NCBI GenBank assembly: GCA_946544115.1
Contig: CAMNLW010000003.1
Coordinates: forward strand, 1-47,876
Direction of reading: 5' to 3'
DNA length: 47,876 bases
DNA from: an uncultured Verrucomicrobiota bacterium
GTDB lineage: Bacteria; Verrucomicrobiota; Kiritimatiellia; RFP12; UBA1067
Below, piece after piece: positions 7,542-16,734 of this stretch (the first letter of the stretch is position 1; each line of letters begins with the position of its first letter). The notes beneath the pieces are model-generated. The model did no database searches. It saw nothing but the letters and a program-made list of their open reading frames with translations, and was not told the origin of the DNA. Position numbers and translations under genes: made by a program.

Positions 7542-8264
7542 ATGACAATGAAGAAGACAATGCTTTCGATGTTCGCGGCCATGGCTGCGACTGCCGCGTT
7601 CGCCGCCGCGAACGATGTGCTGATTACGTTCTCCACCCCAGGCCCAGACAAGTATGCCGACGGCACTACGGTTCTGGACGGCGAGCGCTATGCGCTCTGC
7701 TGGTCGAAGGATTTTAGCCAGTTCAAGATCAACCCCGACGGCTCCGCCGAGGGCGGCGCGATCGTGATCTCCGTCCCCGTCGCGAAGAACGGGTGCTGCC
7801 CGACGATGATGTTCGAGGTTGACGCCGATCTTGTCGCCAAGAAGTACACCGGCGGCGAATGGGCCGTCTACATGCTCGACACCCGCAAGTTCGGCGCGAC
7901 GGGCGCCGTCGCTTCGGTCGGCTCGATGGACGCCGTCAACACCTTCGGCGCCGTCGGCAACTCGGTCGCCGTCGCCACTGGTTCCGCCGGCGGACTCCTC
8001 GCGGGCGTCTCCGGCGCGGCCAAGACCGCCACCGGCGATGTCGCCGCGCCGCAGATCACCGGCATCCGCGTCTTCGAGGGCAATGTTTACGTCACCGTGA
8101 AGGGTGCGCCCTATCTCGGCTACGGCCTCACCGCCGGCGACACCCCCGCCAAGGTCGATGCCGACGTCGCGAACGCCACCGCCGGCGCCACCGGCGCGGA
8201 CGAAGTGACGATCGTCACCCCCGTGAAGGACGGCGGACAGTTCTTCAAGGTCAACCGCAAGTAA
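7542..8264 (+). CDS. Secreted hypothetical protein
   Basis: GAAAGGA RBS; signal peptide (MKKTMLSMFAAMAATAAFA); coding-like codon usage; ends with a beta-strand motif GQFFKVNRK. Confidence 0.75.
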   Translation: MTMKKTMLSMFAAMAATAAFAAANDVLITFSTPGPDKYADGTTVLDGERYALCWSKDFSQFKINPDGSAEGGAIVISVPVAKNGCCPTMMFEVDADLVAKKYTGGEWAVYMLDTRKFGATGAVASVGSMDAVNTFGAVGNSVAVATGSAGGLLAGVSGAAKTATGDVAAPQITGIRVFEGNVYVTVKGAPYLGYGLTAGDTPAKVDADVANATAGATGADEVTIVTPVKDGGQFFKVNRK

Positions 8265-8273
8265 GGGAGGCCT

Positions 8274-10529
8274 TTGCGCGATACCGTAACAATACGGAGC
8301 AGGCTTGACGGACGGGACTGGCTTCTTGCGACAATCGCGGGGCTGGTCTCGTTCGCGGCGTTTTCATACTTCTCCGTCCCCGGCCTCGACCCGTCCCAGT
8401 GGGGCGAGGTCGCTGTGGCCGCGCGGCTGCGTCCGCCGCAGTATATCTTCCCGGGCCTCTGGCGCATTCTCGTCGCGGGGCTTTTTTCGGCTTTCGGCAT
8501 AGCGCGCTCGGTAGCCGCGCTTGCGTGGATGGGCGCGGCGCTCGGCGGCGTTGTCGTGGCGCTGAGCTATCTCGTCACGCGGCAGATTCTCGCGTTCCTC
8601 ACGCGCTTCGCCGACGAGCAGCCGGTGTGGACCCGGCTCATATGCCCGATGTTTGCGCTCTTCGCGGCGCTCTTTGTGGCGGTGGCGGACCCGGTCTGGC
8701 GCGTCGTGCAGACCTTTTCGCCCGAGGAGCTTCGCCTCCTGTTGCTCCTCGCGGCGGTTTACCTCTACCTTCGCTGGCTCACGCTCGGCGGCGACTGGCG
8801 GCTCTATCCGCTGGTCGCGCTGATAGGCGTGATGGCTGCCGAGACGCCCTTAGGCTTTCTTCTGCCGCCCCTTTTCGTGATGGGGTATTTCCGCCTGTGG
8901 CGTCACGTTATGGACGGCAGCTTTTACGCGCCCGACGCCCTGCCCGACCCCGACCGTCTGCCGCGCTGGCGCATGTTCTTCCTCTTCCTCGGCGCGCTGG
9001 GCGCGGCCGTGTGGCTGAACTCCTGGTTCTTCACCGCCCTCGGCGGACTAGAAGCCAACGGGTGGCGTTCGAGCGACATATACTTCCGCTACGGCGCGGG
9101 CTACTGGCACACCCTCGCCGACGCCTCCACCATGGCGGGCTGGGCGCTCGGCCTCGGTTTCGGGCTTTTCCCGCTCGTCGTCGCGCAGAGGCTCTTCCCC
9201 TCGGCGATCCATGAAGACCGGCCAATGCGCTTCCAGCGCGGCGTGATTCTCGTCTTCGTCTGTGCGCTCGCGGCCATGCAGACGGGCGCTTTCCCGGCGG
9301 CGCGGTTCTGGGTTTTCATGAAGGATTCCGTCGCGGTGTCGAGCGGCTTCCTCCTTTCTTTCTATGTAATGTGCTCGGCTCTCACCGTGGCGCTTGTCGG
9401 CGCGGCGTTCGCGTTCGAGTGCCGCCGCGTGTATCTGCCCGACGGCGCGAAGACGCCCGGCCCGCTTCTGCGCCATCTGGTGCCGGCGATCGCGCTAGGG
9501 GTTCTGGCTCTGGCGGCGGTCAACGTCCCGCGCGGGGCGACGTGCGAGATGAAGCGCATCGTCCGCGACGCGCTTGAAGAGACGGTGAGAGAGTGCGGCG
9601 GGGCGAAGTGGATCTTTACCGACGGACGTCTCGACGACGGGCTTGAACTCGTCGCGGCGTCGATGGGGTCGCCGCTCAGGGCGCTGAACATGATGGGCGG
9701 CCCGAGCCGCTGGGCCGAGTCGGTCCGCACGAGGGGCTTCGAGAAGGGGTCCGCCGATTACGACAACGCCTCGATCGGCGTGCCTATGCTTTTGAGGGTG
9801 TGGGCCGGCGAAAAGCCGGGCGGTATGGACGAGGCCGCGATACAGCTGGGCTTCGAATTCTGGAAGCGCGAGGGGAAGCCTCTGCCGACGGCGTCGGGCC
9901 TTGTCGCCCGCACGACCGGGCTTGACGAGGCCGGGGCGGCGCGCGGCGTCGAGGCGGCGAACGCCCTCGCCGGGCGGATCATCGCGCTTGACGGCTCGGC
10001 GTTCGTGAACGCCTCGCCCTCGCTCGTGGAGGCGCTTTCGTCCGTATCGTGGCGGATTTCGCGCTTCGCGCGCCTGCGGAACGATGAAAAGCTCGCCGAC
10101 ACGCTCGACCGCAGCAACACGGCCCTGCGGCGCATGCTTTCCATAGTGGAGTACGAGCGCCAGCGCACGTTCATGCAGATGACTCCGCGCGAGGGTCTGC
10201 AGCTCGCCTTGAGGCGGGCCGACTTCGTGGAGGCGCGCCACTACGCGGCGGCGGTCCTCAGGAGCGACGAGGACGACCCCGAGGCCAATTTCGGAATGGG
10301 GATGAGCTATTTGAGGGAAGGGCGGATGGATGACGCCGAGTTCTATCTGAGGCGCTGCCTCAAGCGCCGCCCCGACGAACCGGCGGTGTTGAACAATCTT
10401 TCGATAATCTGCCGCAAGGCGCGGCGGTACGACGAGGCGCTGGAGTTCGCGCAGCACGCGATAAAGATGCTCCCGGATTCGCCCGAGGTTCGGCAGACTC
10501 TCAAGGACGCGCAGGAAAGAAAGCAGTAG
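8274..10529 (+). CDS. Polytopic membrane protein, DUF2723/TMEM260-like N-terminal region plus C-terminal TPR
   Basis: GGAGG RBS and TTG start. About 11 hydrophobic segments; PGLDPSQWGEVAVAARLRPPQYIFPGLWRIL resembles the DUF2723 DSGE...HPPGYPL region. C-terminal TPRs (DPEANFGMG, EPAVLNNL, PDSPEV). Confidence 0.6.
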   Translation: MRDTVTIRSRLDGRDWLLATIAGLVSFAAFSYFSVPGLDPSQWGEVAVAARLRPPQYIFPGLWRILVAGLFSAFGIARSVAALAWMGAALGGVVVALSYLVTRQILAFLTRFADEQPVWTRLICPMFALFAALFVAVADPVWRVVQTFSPEELRLLLLLAAVYLYLRWLTLGGDWRLYPLVALIGVMAAETPLGFLLPPLFVMGYFRLWRHVMDGSFYAPDALPDPDRLPRWRMFFLFLGALGAAVWLNSWFFTALGGLEANGWRSSDIYFRYGAGYWHTLADASTMAGWALGLGFGLFPLVVAQRLFPSAIHEDRPMRFQRGVILVFVCALAAMQTGAFPAARFWVFMKDSVAVSSGFLLSFYVMCSALTVALVGAAFAFECRRVYLPDGAKTPGPLLRHLVPAIALGVLALAAVNVPRGATCEMKRIVRDALEETVRECGGAKWIFTDGRLDDGLELVAASMGSPLRALNMMGGPSRWAESVRTRGFEKGSADYDNASIGVPMLLRVWAGEKPGGMDEAAIQLGFEFWKREGKPLPTASGLVARTTGLDEAGAARGVEAANALAGRIIALDGSAFVNASPSLVEALSSVSWRISRFARLRNDEKLADTLDRSNTALRRMLSIVEYERQRTFMQMTPREGLQLALRRADFVEARHYAAAVLRSDEDDPEANFGMGMSYLREGRMDDAEFYLRRCLKRRPDEPAVLNNLSIICRKARRYDEALEFAQHAIKMLPDSPEVRQTLKDAQERKQ

Positions 10530-10538
10530 CGGGTCGGG

Positions 10539-11351
10539 ATGAGGGTCGAGGTCATATCACCGCACGGCTTCTGCGCGGGCGTGGAAAGTGCAGTCAAAAA
10601 GGCGCTGGCGCTCGGGAGCGGGGCTTTCTGCCTGCATGAGCCGGTGCACAACGATATGGTGACGGCGGCTCTGCGGCGCAGAGGCGCGGGCATTGCGGAC
10701 GACCCGGGGGAGGTTCCGCCGGGCGCGACGATGATCCTGCCGGCCCACGGCGTCGCGCCGCGCGTAAGGAGGGAGGCCGAGGCGCGGGGCGTGAAGATCG
10801 TCGATGCGACGTGTCCGTTTGTCGAGCGCGTCCATCGCGCGGCGCGCGCCTTCGCCGAAAAGGGGCTTCCCGTCGTCGTCATCGGCGACGCCGGTCATGA
10901 CGAAGTGGCGGGGATCGTCGGCGAGGTGGAAGACTGCGGGGGGCGTGCTTTCGTCTACCCCGATCTTCCCCCGTCCGGCGGCATAGGCGTGGTCTGCCAG
11001 ACCACCGCCGACGTCGACTGTGTCGCGCGGACGGTCAGCGAGCTTCGCGGGAGATACGCGGTCGAGGTGATGGCCGAAGTGTGCGGCGTGACGCGCGAGC
11101 GCCAGCGGGCGGTCAAGGAGTTCAAAGGCGACGCGCTTCTTGTTCTCGGGAGCGCGAGGTCGGCGAATTCGCGGCGGCTCTGCGAAATCGCGCCGTGCAG
11201 GGCGTTCATGGCGTCGGACATGGCAGAGGTGAGGCGGCTCGACCTCTCGGGGGTTGAGACCCTGGGCGTGACGAGCGGGGCGTCCACGCCCGAGGACTTC
11301 TTCAACGAGGCCGTGGAATTTCTTAAAGAAGGATGTAAAGAGGAGAGATAG
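10539..11351 (+). CDS. ispH: 4-hydroxy-3-methylbut-2-enyl diphosphate reductase
   Basis: GFCAGV, VHN, AHG, DATCPFV, H-D-E-V, QTT, C..T.ERQ, SANS and GVTSGASTPE motifs. Confidence 0.93.
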   Translation: MRVEVISPHGFCAGVESAVKKALALGSGAFCLHEPVHNDMVTAALRRRGAGIADDPGEVPPGATMILPAHGVAPRVRREAEARGVKIVDATCPFVERVHRAARAFAEKGLPVVVIGDAGHDEVAGIVGEVEDCGGRAFVYPDLPPSGGIGVVCQTTADVDCVARTVSELRGRYAVEVMAEVCGVTRERQRAVKEFKGDALLVLGSARSANSRRLCEIAPCRAFMASDMAEVRRLDLSGVETLGVTSGASTPEDFFNEAVEFLKEGCKEER

Positions 11352-11357
11352 AACAAC

Positions 11358-12560
11358 ATGAAAAAGATACTGGCGGTCATTGCGCTTGCGGCGGCGTTCG
11401 CGGCGAACGGCGACGAGATAAAGGTGATAGACGGGGTGAAGTACATCTGCACCGACGACGGCATGTGCATGCCGGTCGACGACGTGCAGGGGGAGACTGC
11501 GCCTGCGTGGGTGGACGGCGCGCGGCTTGCGCAGGGCTACATGGAGCCTGCCGAGCTGATATCGTTCATCAACGGCGAGGACGGCGGCGCCGGGGCGCTT
11601 GCAGGGAAGGGGATGTGGATCGTCCTTCTTATAGCGCTTCTCGGGGGGCTCGCGATGAACCTAACGCCGTGTGTTCTGCCTATGGTGCCGATAAACCTCA
11701 TGGTCATAGGCAAGTCGGCCGTGCGCGGAGTATGGTACGGCGCGGGGATAGCAGTCGCCTACGGCGTCATGGGCGTGATGGCGGCGGTCGGCGGGATGGC
11801 CTTCGGCGAGATACAGGGGAGCGCGTGGTTCAACGCGCTTGTGGCGGCGGTGTTCGTGGTGCTGGCGCTCGCGCTCTTCGACGTGTTCTTCATCGATCTG
11901 TCGAAGTTCCGCAAGGTTGACGGCGCGGCGGAGCGCCGGGCGAAGGCGCCGCTGTTCTTCGCGTTTTCAATGGGCGCGTTGAGCGCGGTTCTGGCGGGCG
12001 CGTGCGTCGCACCGATACTCATATCGGTTCTGCTCCTCACGGCCGACCTCTTCGCGAAGGGCAGCTGGGCGGCGCTGGCGCTTCCTTTCGTGCTGGGGCT
12101 GGGCATGGCGCTTCCCTGGCCGTTCGTCGGCGCGGGGATGCAGGTTCTCCCCAAACCCGGCGCATGGATGAAGAAGGTGAACCGCGTGTTCGGCGTGGTT
12201 GTGCTGTGCTTCGCGGCGTGGTACGCCCACCTCGCATACGTCGCGTTCAAGTCCGGCCGCGCGGTGCAGGGCGACGCCCCTGCGGAGAGCGCGCGGTCCG
12301 GCGGCGCGGTCGAGGCGACGCCCGCGACGTTCGCCGCGGCGCTTGAGGCGGCGCAGAGGCCGGTGTTCGTCGACTGCTGGGCGAGCTGGTGCAAGAACTG
12401 CGCGGCGATGGAGCGCGGCACTTTTCAGGATGAGCGCGTGAAGGAGGCGCTCAAGGGCTGGACGGTGATCCGCCTGCAGGCCGAGGACATTCGCGAGCTC
12501 AAGACTTTGAAGGGCTTCGAGGGGGTGATCGGCCTCCCGGCGTTCGTGATCTTCAAGTAG
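11358..12560 (+). CDS. dsbD: DsbD/CcdA-family thiol:disulfide interchange protein (TM domain plus thioredoxin)
   Basis: Signal peptide; TM domain with NLTPCVLPM and GACVAP; C-terminal thioredoxin WASWCKNC...GLP. Confidence 0.85.
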   Translation: MKKILAVIALAAAFAANGDEIKVIDGVKYICTDDGMCMPVDDVQGETAPAWVDGARLAQGYMEPAELISFINGEDGGAGALAGKGMWIVLLIALLGGLAMNLTPCVLPMVPINLMVIGKSAVRGVWYGAGIAVAYGVMGVMAAVGGMAFGEIQGSAWFNALVAAVFVVLALALFDVFFIDLSKFRKVDGAAERRAKAPLFFAFSMGALSAVLAGACVAPILISVLLLTADLFAKGSWAALALPFVLGLGMALPWPFVGAGMQVLPKPGAWMKKVNRVFGVVVLCFAAWYAHLAYVAFKSGRAVQGDAPAESARSGGAVEATPATFAAALEAAQRPVFVDCWASWCKNCAAMERGTFQDERVKEALKGWTVIRLQAEDIRELKTLKGFEGVIGLPAFVIFK

Positions 12561-12574
12561 GGGAGGGCGGCGCT

Positions 12575-14074
12575 TTGGGACGGTTTTTCCTTGCATTGCT
12601 TGCGGCGGCGGCCTGGGCGGAGGGTTCCGCCGGCGCGACTTTCACGCGTTCGCTGGAGCGCGTGACGACGATGGACCCCGCCATGAGCCAGTCCATATAC
12701 GACGCGCGCGCGACGATGCTCGTATATAAAAGCGTTCTCTCGATAGACTACGAGGCGCGGCCGTATGCGCTCGCGCCCGGGGCGTGCGAACTGCCGGAGG
12801 TGTCGGCGGACGGACTTCTTTACCGCTTCCGCGTGATAGACGCCGAGCTTACGGCGCATGATGTCGTGCGGTCGCTCTCGCGCCTCGCGTCCGCAGACCT
12901 CGTTTCGCCGAACGGCTGGATGATGAAGGGCGTCGAGTCGATGAAAGCCGTTGACGACAGGACGGTGGAGATTCGCCTTGAGGCGAGGCGCCACTACTTC
13001 CCGTGGCTTATGGCCATGCCCGGTGCCGCCGTGATGAAGCCGGACGGCGAGGGAACAGGCCCCTACCGGCTAGCGAAGTGGTGGAAGAACCACGAGATGA
13101 CGTTCGAGCGGCGCGTCCCCGCGCCGGGGATGTTCGATACTGTGAAATTCCTCGTCGTGGACGACGCTTCGACGCAGTGGCTCATGTTTCTCAAGGGGGA
13201 GATTGACTTCCTCGGCGAGATATCGCGCGACAACTGGGACGCCGTCGTCGGGCTGGACGGCCGCCTCGACAGGTCGCTTGTCGAGCAGGGGATAGTGATG
13301 CACTCCATTCCGACGATGGACACGATGTATATCGGCTTCAACATGAGGGACGCGGTGGTGGGCCGCAACAGGAAGCTGCGCCAGGCGCTCAACGCGGCTT
13401 TCGACTATCCTGCATGGGAGAAGTTCTACGCCGGGCGCATAACAGCGGCTGGAGGGCCGGTGCCGCCCGGGATCGACGGCTATCTGGAGACGCCATTCCA
13501 GTACGGGTTCGACCTTGAGAAGGCGCGGCGGCTCATCGCCGAGGCCGGCTACCCGGGGGGGATAGACCCCGCGACGGGCCGCCGGCTGGTCCTCACGCTT
13601 ACGATCGGGCGCGCCTCGCAGGACAGCCGTGAGTCGGGCGAGCTGGTGGCGGCGTTCTTCGAGCGCATAGGGGTGAAGCTTGAACTGGCGTTCCAGACGT
13701 GGGACGCGTTCTTGAAGTCCGTAAACGAGGGTCGCGTGCAGCTCTTCCGCATGGGGTGGGTGGGCGATTATCCCGACGCGCAGAACTTTCTGCAGCTGTT
13801 CCACTCCAGGAACAAGAGCCCCGGGCCGAACCATTCCGACTACGAAAGCGCTGCTTTCGACGAGGAATACGACCTCGCCCTCAAGGAGAGCACCGCCGAA
13901 GGGCGCAACGCGCGCTGGCGCAGGTGCCAGGAGATACTGCGCGAGGACTGTCCCTGGATATTCACCCATTTCAACAAGTCGAATTCGCTCGTCCGGCCGA
14001 CCGTCGGCAACTACCTGCCGAGCGTGTTCTCGTATGGAAACGAGCAGTTCTACAAGGCAAACGCAGTAAAATGA
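12575..14074 (+). CDS. ABC transporter substrate-binding protein, family 5 (peptide/nickel type)
   Basis: TMDPA, PGACELPEVSADGLLYRF, GTGPYRL, YIGFNM, RQALNAAFD, GWVGDYPDAQNFLQLF; signal peptide; TTG start uncertain. Confidence 0.9.
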   Translation: MGRFFLALLAAAAWAEGSAGATFTRSLERVTTMDPAMSQSIYDARATMLVYKSVLSIDYEARPYALAPGACELPEVSADGLLYRFRVIDAELTAHDVVRSLSRLASADLVSPNGWMMKGVESMKAVDDRTVEIRLEARRHYFPWLMAMPGAAVMKPDGEGTGPYRLAKWWKNHEMTFERRVPAPGMFDTVKFLVVDDASTQWLMFLKGEIDFLGEISRDNWDAVVGLDGRLDRSLVEQGIVMHSIPTMDTMYIGFNMRDAVVGRNRKLRQALNAAFDYPAWEKFYAGRITAAGGPVPPGIDGYLETPFQYGFDLEKARRLIAEAGYPGGIDPATGRRLVLTLTIGRASQDSRESGELVAAFFERIGVKLELAFQTWDAFLKSVNEGRVQLFRMGWVGDYPDAQNFLQLFHSRNKSPGPNHSDYESAAFDEEYDLALKESTAEGRNARWRRCQEILREDCPWIFTHFNKSNSLVRPTVGNYLPSVFSYGNEQFYKANAVK

Positions 14075-14604
14075 AGACGCTTTACATAGAAAGATCGACC
14101 GGCGAGTGCAGGTCGGGCGAGTGGGTCGAGCGGCTGGATCTTTCAGTCCCGCCGGACCGTATCGTGGTGGGGACAGGCCCCGGTTCATTCGCGGGAATCC
14201 GTTCGGCGCTGGCCTTCGCGCAGGGGTATGCGATTGGAAGCGGGTGTGAAGTCCTCGGCCTGCCGTCGGCGTGCGCGCTGGCGAAGGAAGGCGAGCGCAG
14301 GGCGGTTGTAGGCGATGCGCGGCGGGGAAAACTGTGGGTAGCGCTATTTGACGGGTTTAAGCTCGTCCGCGACATTTTCCAGGTGGAATCAGGCGAAATA
14401 GCGGGGACTGTCCCCGCAGGCTGGAGCGTGGTCACGCCCGACGCGGCGCGCATAGGAACGCTGCTGGCGGAGGTCTTCGGCGGTCGTTACATCGGGGGAC
14501 AGTCCCCGACGGAGGCGGGGCTTGAGGCGTTCGCCGAGGCCAACCCGGCCATCCTCTGCAGGGAGCCTCTGCCGATATATCTCAACCCCGCCGTTCGCGA
14601 CTGA
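14071..14604 (+). CDS. tsaB: tRNA threonylcarbamoyladenosine biosynthesis protein TsaB (short N-terminus)
   Basis: [15 protein letters not shown] and DARRG motifs, P.Y.. C-terminus. ATGA overlap with the upstream stop gives the start at 14071. Confidence 0.85.
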   Translation: MKTLYIERSTGECRSGEWVERLDLSVPPDRIVVGTGPGSFAGIRSALAFAQGYAIGSGCEVLGLPSACALAKEGERRAVVGDARRGKLWVALFDGFKLVRDIFQVESGEIAGTVPAGWSVVTPDAARIGTLLAEVFGGRYIGGQSPTEAGLEAFAEANPAILCREPLPIYLNPAVRD

Positions 14605-14614
14605 CCGCAGAGTA

Positions 14615-14623
14615 TGGTATAAT
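14615..14623 (+). promoter_or_regulatory. Extended -10 (TGGTATAAT) directly before EF-G paralogue
   Basis: Consensus TG-n-TATAAT; ATG only 10 nt downstream; no Shine-Dalgarno. Confidence 0.65.
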
Positions 14624-14633
14624 ATACCCCGTC

Positions 14634-16706
14634 ATGAGCGCAGAGCTATCGAAAGTACGAAACATCGGAATCGTCGCCCACATCGATGCGGGCAAGACGA
14701 CGACTACCGAACGCATACTCTTTTACACCGGGAAGATACACAAGCACGGCGACGTGCATGACGGCAACACGACGACCGACTTCATGGTGCAGGAGCGCGA
14801 ACGCGGCATCACCATACAGTCCGCCGCGATCTCCTGCGAGTGGAAGGGCCACTCGATCAACATAATCGACACGCCCGGACACGTCGACTTCACGATGGAG
14901 GTCGAGCGGTCGCTGCGCGTTCTGGACGGTGCGGTGTGTGTGTTCTGCGCGGTGGGCGGCGTCCAGCCGCAGAGCGAGACCGTGTGGCGCCAGGCCGACC
15001 GGTACAACGTGCCGCGAATCGCGTTCGTGAACAAGATGGACCGCATGGGCGCCAACTTCGCCCGCGTCGTGGATGAGCTGCGCGGCAAGCTGCGGGCCGA
15101 CGCCTGCCCGGTGGAGCTTCCCATCGGACGCGAAGAGGGCTTCAAGGGCGTCGTGGACCTTATAAGGATGAAAGGGATCGTCTACGACGAGGCGAGCGAG
15201 GGCAGGCAGTTCACCGTCGGCGAGATCCCCGCCGAGATGAAGGACGACGCCGAGCTGGCGCGCGCCGAGCTGGTGGAGAAGGTCGCCGACCTCGACGAAG
15301 GGGTGATGGAGGCGTTTCTGGAGAAGGGCGACCTCTCGGAGGCGGAGCTTGTCCCGGCGATACGCCGGCTCGTCGTGGCCGGCAGGTTCGTGCCGGTCCT
15401 CTGCGGCACGTCTCTGCGCGACAAGGGCGTGCAGCCGCTTCTGGACGCCGTCGTTGATTATCTTCCTTCACCGGAGGACCGTCCTCCGGTGAAGGCTACC
15501 GACCTCAAGAGCGGCGAAAAAGTGTCGCGCCGCCAGGACGCGTCGGAACTTCTCACGTCGCTCGTCTTCAAGATCGCGACCGATCCGTACGTCGGGAGGC
15601 TCTTCTTCGTGAGGGTCTACGGCGGCGTTCTCAAGAAGGGCGCCAACGCCTACAACCCGAGGACAAAGAAGCGCGAGCGCATAATGAAGATAGTGCGCCT
15701 TTTCGCCGACGACCAGATAGAGGTCGACGAGCTTTCGGCGGGCGACATAGGGGCGGTCGTCGGCCTCAAGGAGTGCACGACGGGCGACACGCTGTGCAGC
15801 GAGATGAAGCCGTGCTATCTGGAGCGCATAACCGCGCCGCAGCCTGTGATGTTCATGGCGATCGAACCCAGGTCCAGCGCAGACAAAGACAAGCTCGTGG
15901 AGTCCATGAAGGCGCTCGCCGCCGAAGACCCGACGTGCCAGTTCCGTGAAGACGACGAGACGGGGCAGACGATCCTCTCGGGCATGGGCGAGCTTCATCT
16001 GGAGATTCTCGTCGACCGCCTCAAGCGCGAGTTCAAGTGCGCCGCAAACACCGGCAAGCCGATGGTGAGCTATGTCGAAACGATCACGAAGCCCGCGCTC
16101 ACGAACTTCTCGTTCGACCGCGAAATCGGCGGCAAGCGCCACGCCGTTGAGTTGAAGATAGAGGTGAAGCCTCTCGAACGCGGCAAAGGGCGCGTCATCT
16201 CGCTCTCGCGGGATTTCAGGAACACGGTGGCCGACAAGCACCTGCAGGAGTGCGTCGAGCAGGGGCTGGAGGACGGCGTCGCGACAGGCGTTCTCGCGCG
16301 GTATCCGATGACGGACATCTCGGTGGAGTGCCTTTCGGCGACGATCATCGACCCCGAGGTGTCGGACGAAGTCGCGTTCAGATCCGCCGCGATGATGGGC
16401 TTCAGGGAGGCCGCCGAGTCCGCCGCGCCCGAGTTTCTGGAGCCGATCATGAAGCTTGAGATCACGACGCCGCCGGAGAGCGTCGGCGAGGTTCTGGGCG
16501 ATTTGAACGCGCGTCGCGGCAACGTGCTCGACATGGACATGCGCGGCGACCTGCAGATCATCCACGCGCGCGTCCCGATGGCGCAGATGTTCGGCTACGC
16601 GACGGCTATACGCTCGCTCACGAAGGGCAGGGCGTCATATTCGATGGAACCCGATATGTTCGAGCTCGCGCCGAAGAGCGTGCGCGACGACATCTTGAGC
16701 AGGTGA
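14634..16706 (+). CDS. fusA: Elongation factor G paralogue (stand-alone, EF-G2-like)
   Basis: [31 protein letters not shown] and NKMD motifs; full five-domain length; not in an rpsL-rpsG-tuf context. Confidence 0.92.
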   Translation: MSAELSKVRNIGIVAHIDAGKTTTTERILFYTGKIHKHGDVHDGNTTTDFMVQERERGITIQSAAISCEWKGHSINIIDTPGHVDFTMEVERSLRVLDGAVCVFCAVGGVQPQSETVWRQADRYNVPRIAFVNKMDRMGANFARVVDELRGKLRADACPVELPIGREEGFKGVVDLIRMKGIVYDEASEGRQFTVGEIPAEMKDDAELARAELVEKVADLDEGVMEAFLEKGDLSEAELVPAIRRLVVAGRFVPVLCGTSLRDKGVQPLLDAVVDYLPSPEDRPPVKATDLKSGEKVSRRQDASELLTSLVFKIATDPYVGRLFFVRVYGGVLKKGANAYNPRTKKRERIMKIVRLFADDQIEVDELSAGDIGAVVGLKECTTGDTLCSEMKPCYLERITAPQPVMFMAIEPRSSADKDKLVESMKALAAEDPTCQFREDDETGQTILSGMGELHLEILVDRLKREFKCAANTGKPMVSYVETITKPALTNFSFDREIGGKRHAVELKIEVKPLERGKGRVISLSRDFRNTVADKHLQECVEQGLEDGVATGVLARYPMTDISVECLSATIIDPEVSDEVAFRSAAMMGFREAAESAAPEFLEPIMKLEITTPPESVGEVLGDLNARRGNVLDMDMRGDLQIIHARVPMAQMFGYATAIRSLTKGRASYSMEPDMFELAPKSVRDDILSR

Positions 16707-16734
16707 CAATCCATTTTTCCAGGAGGTATACGCA

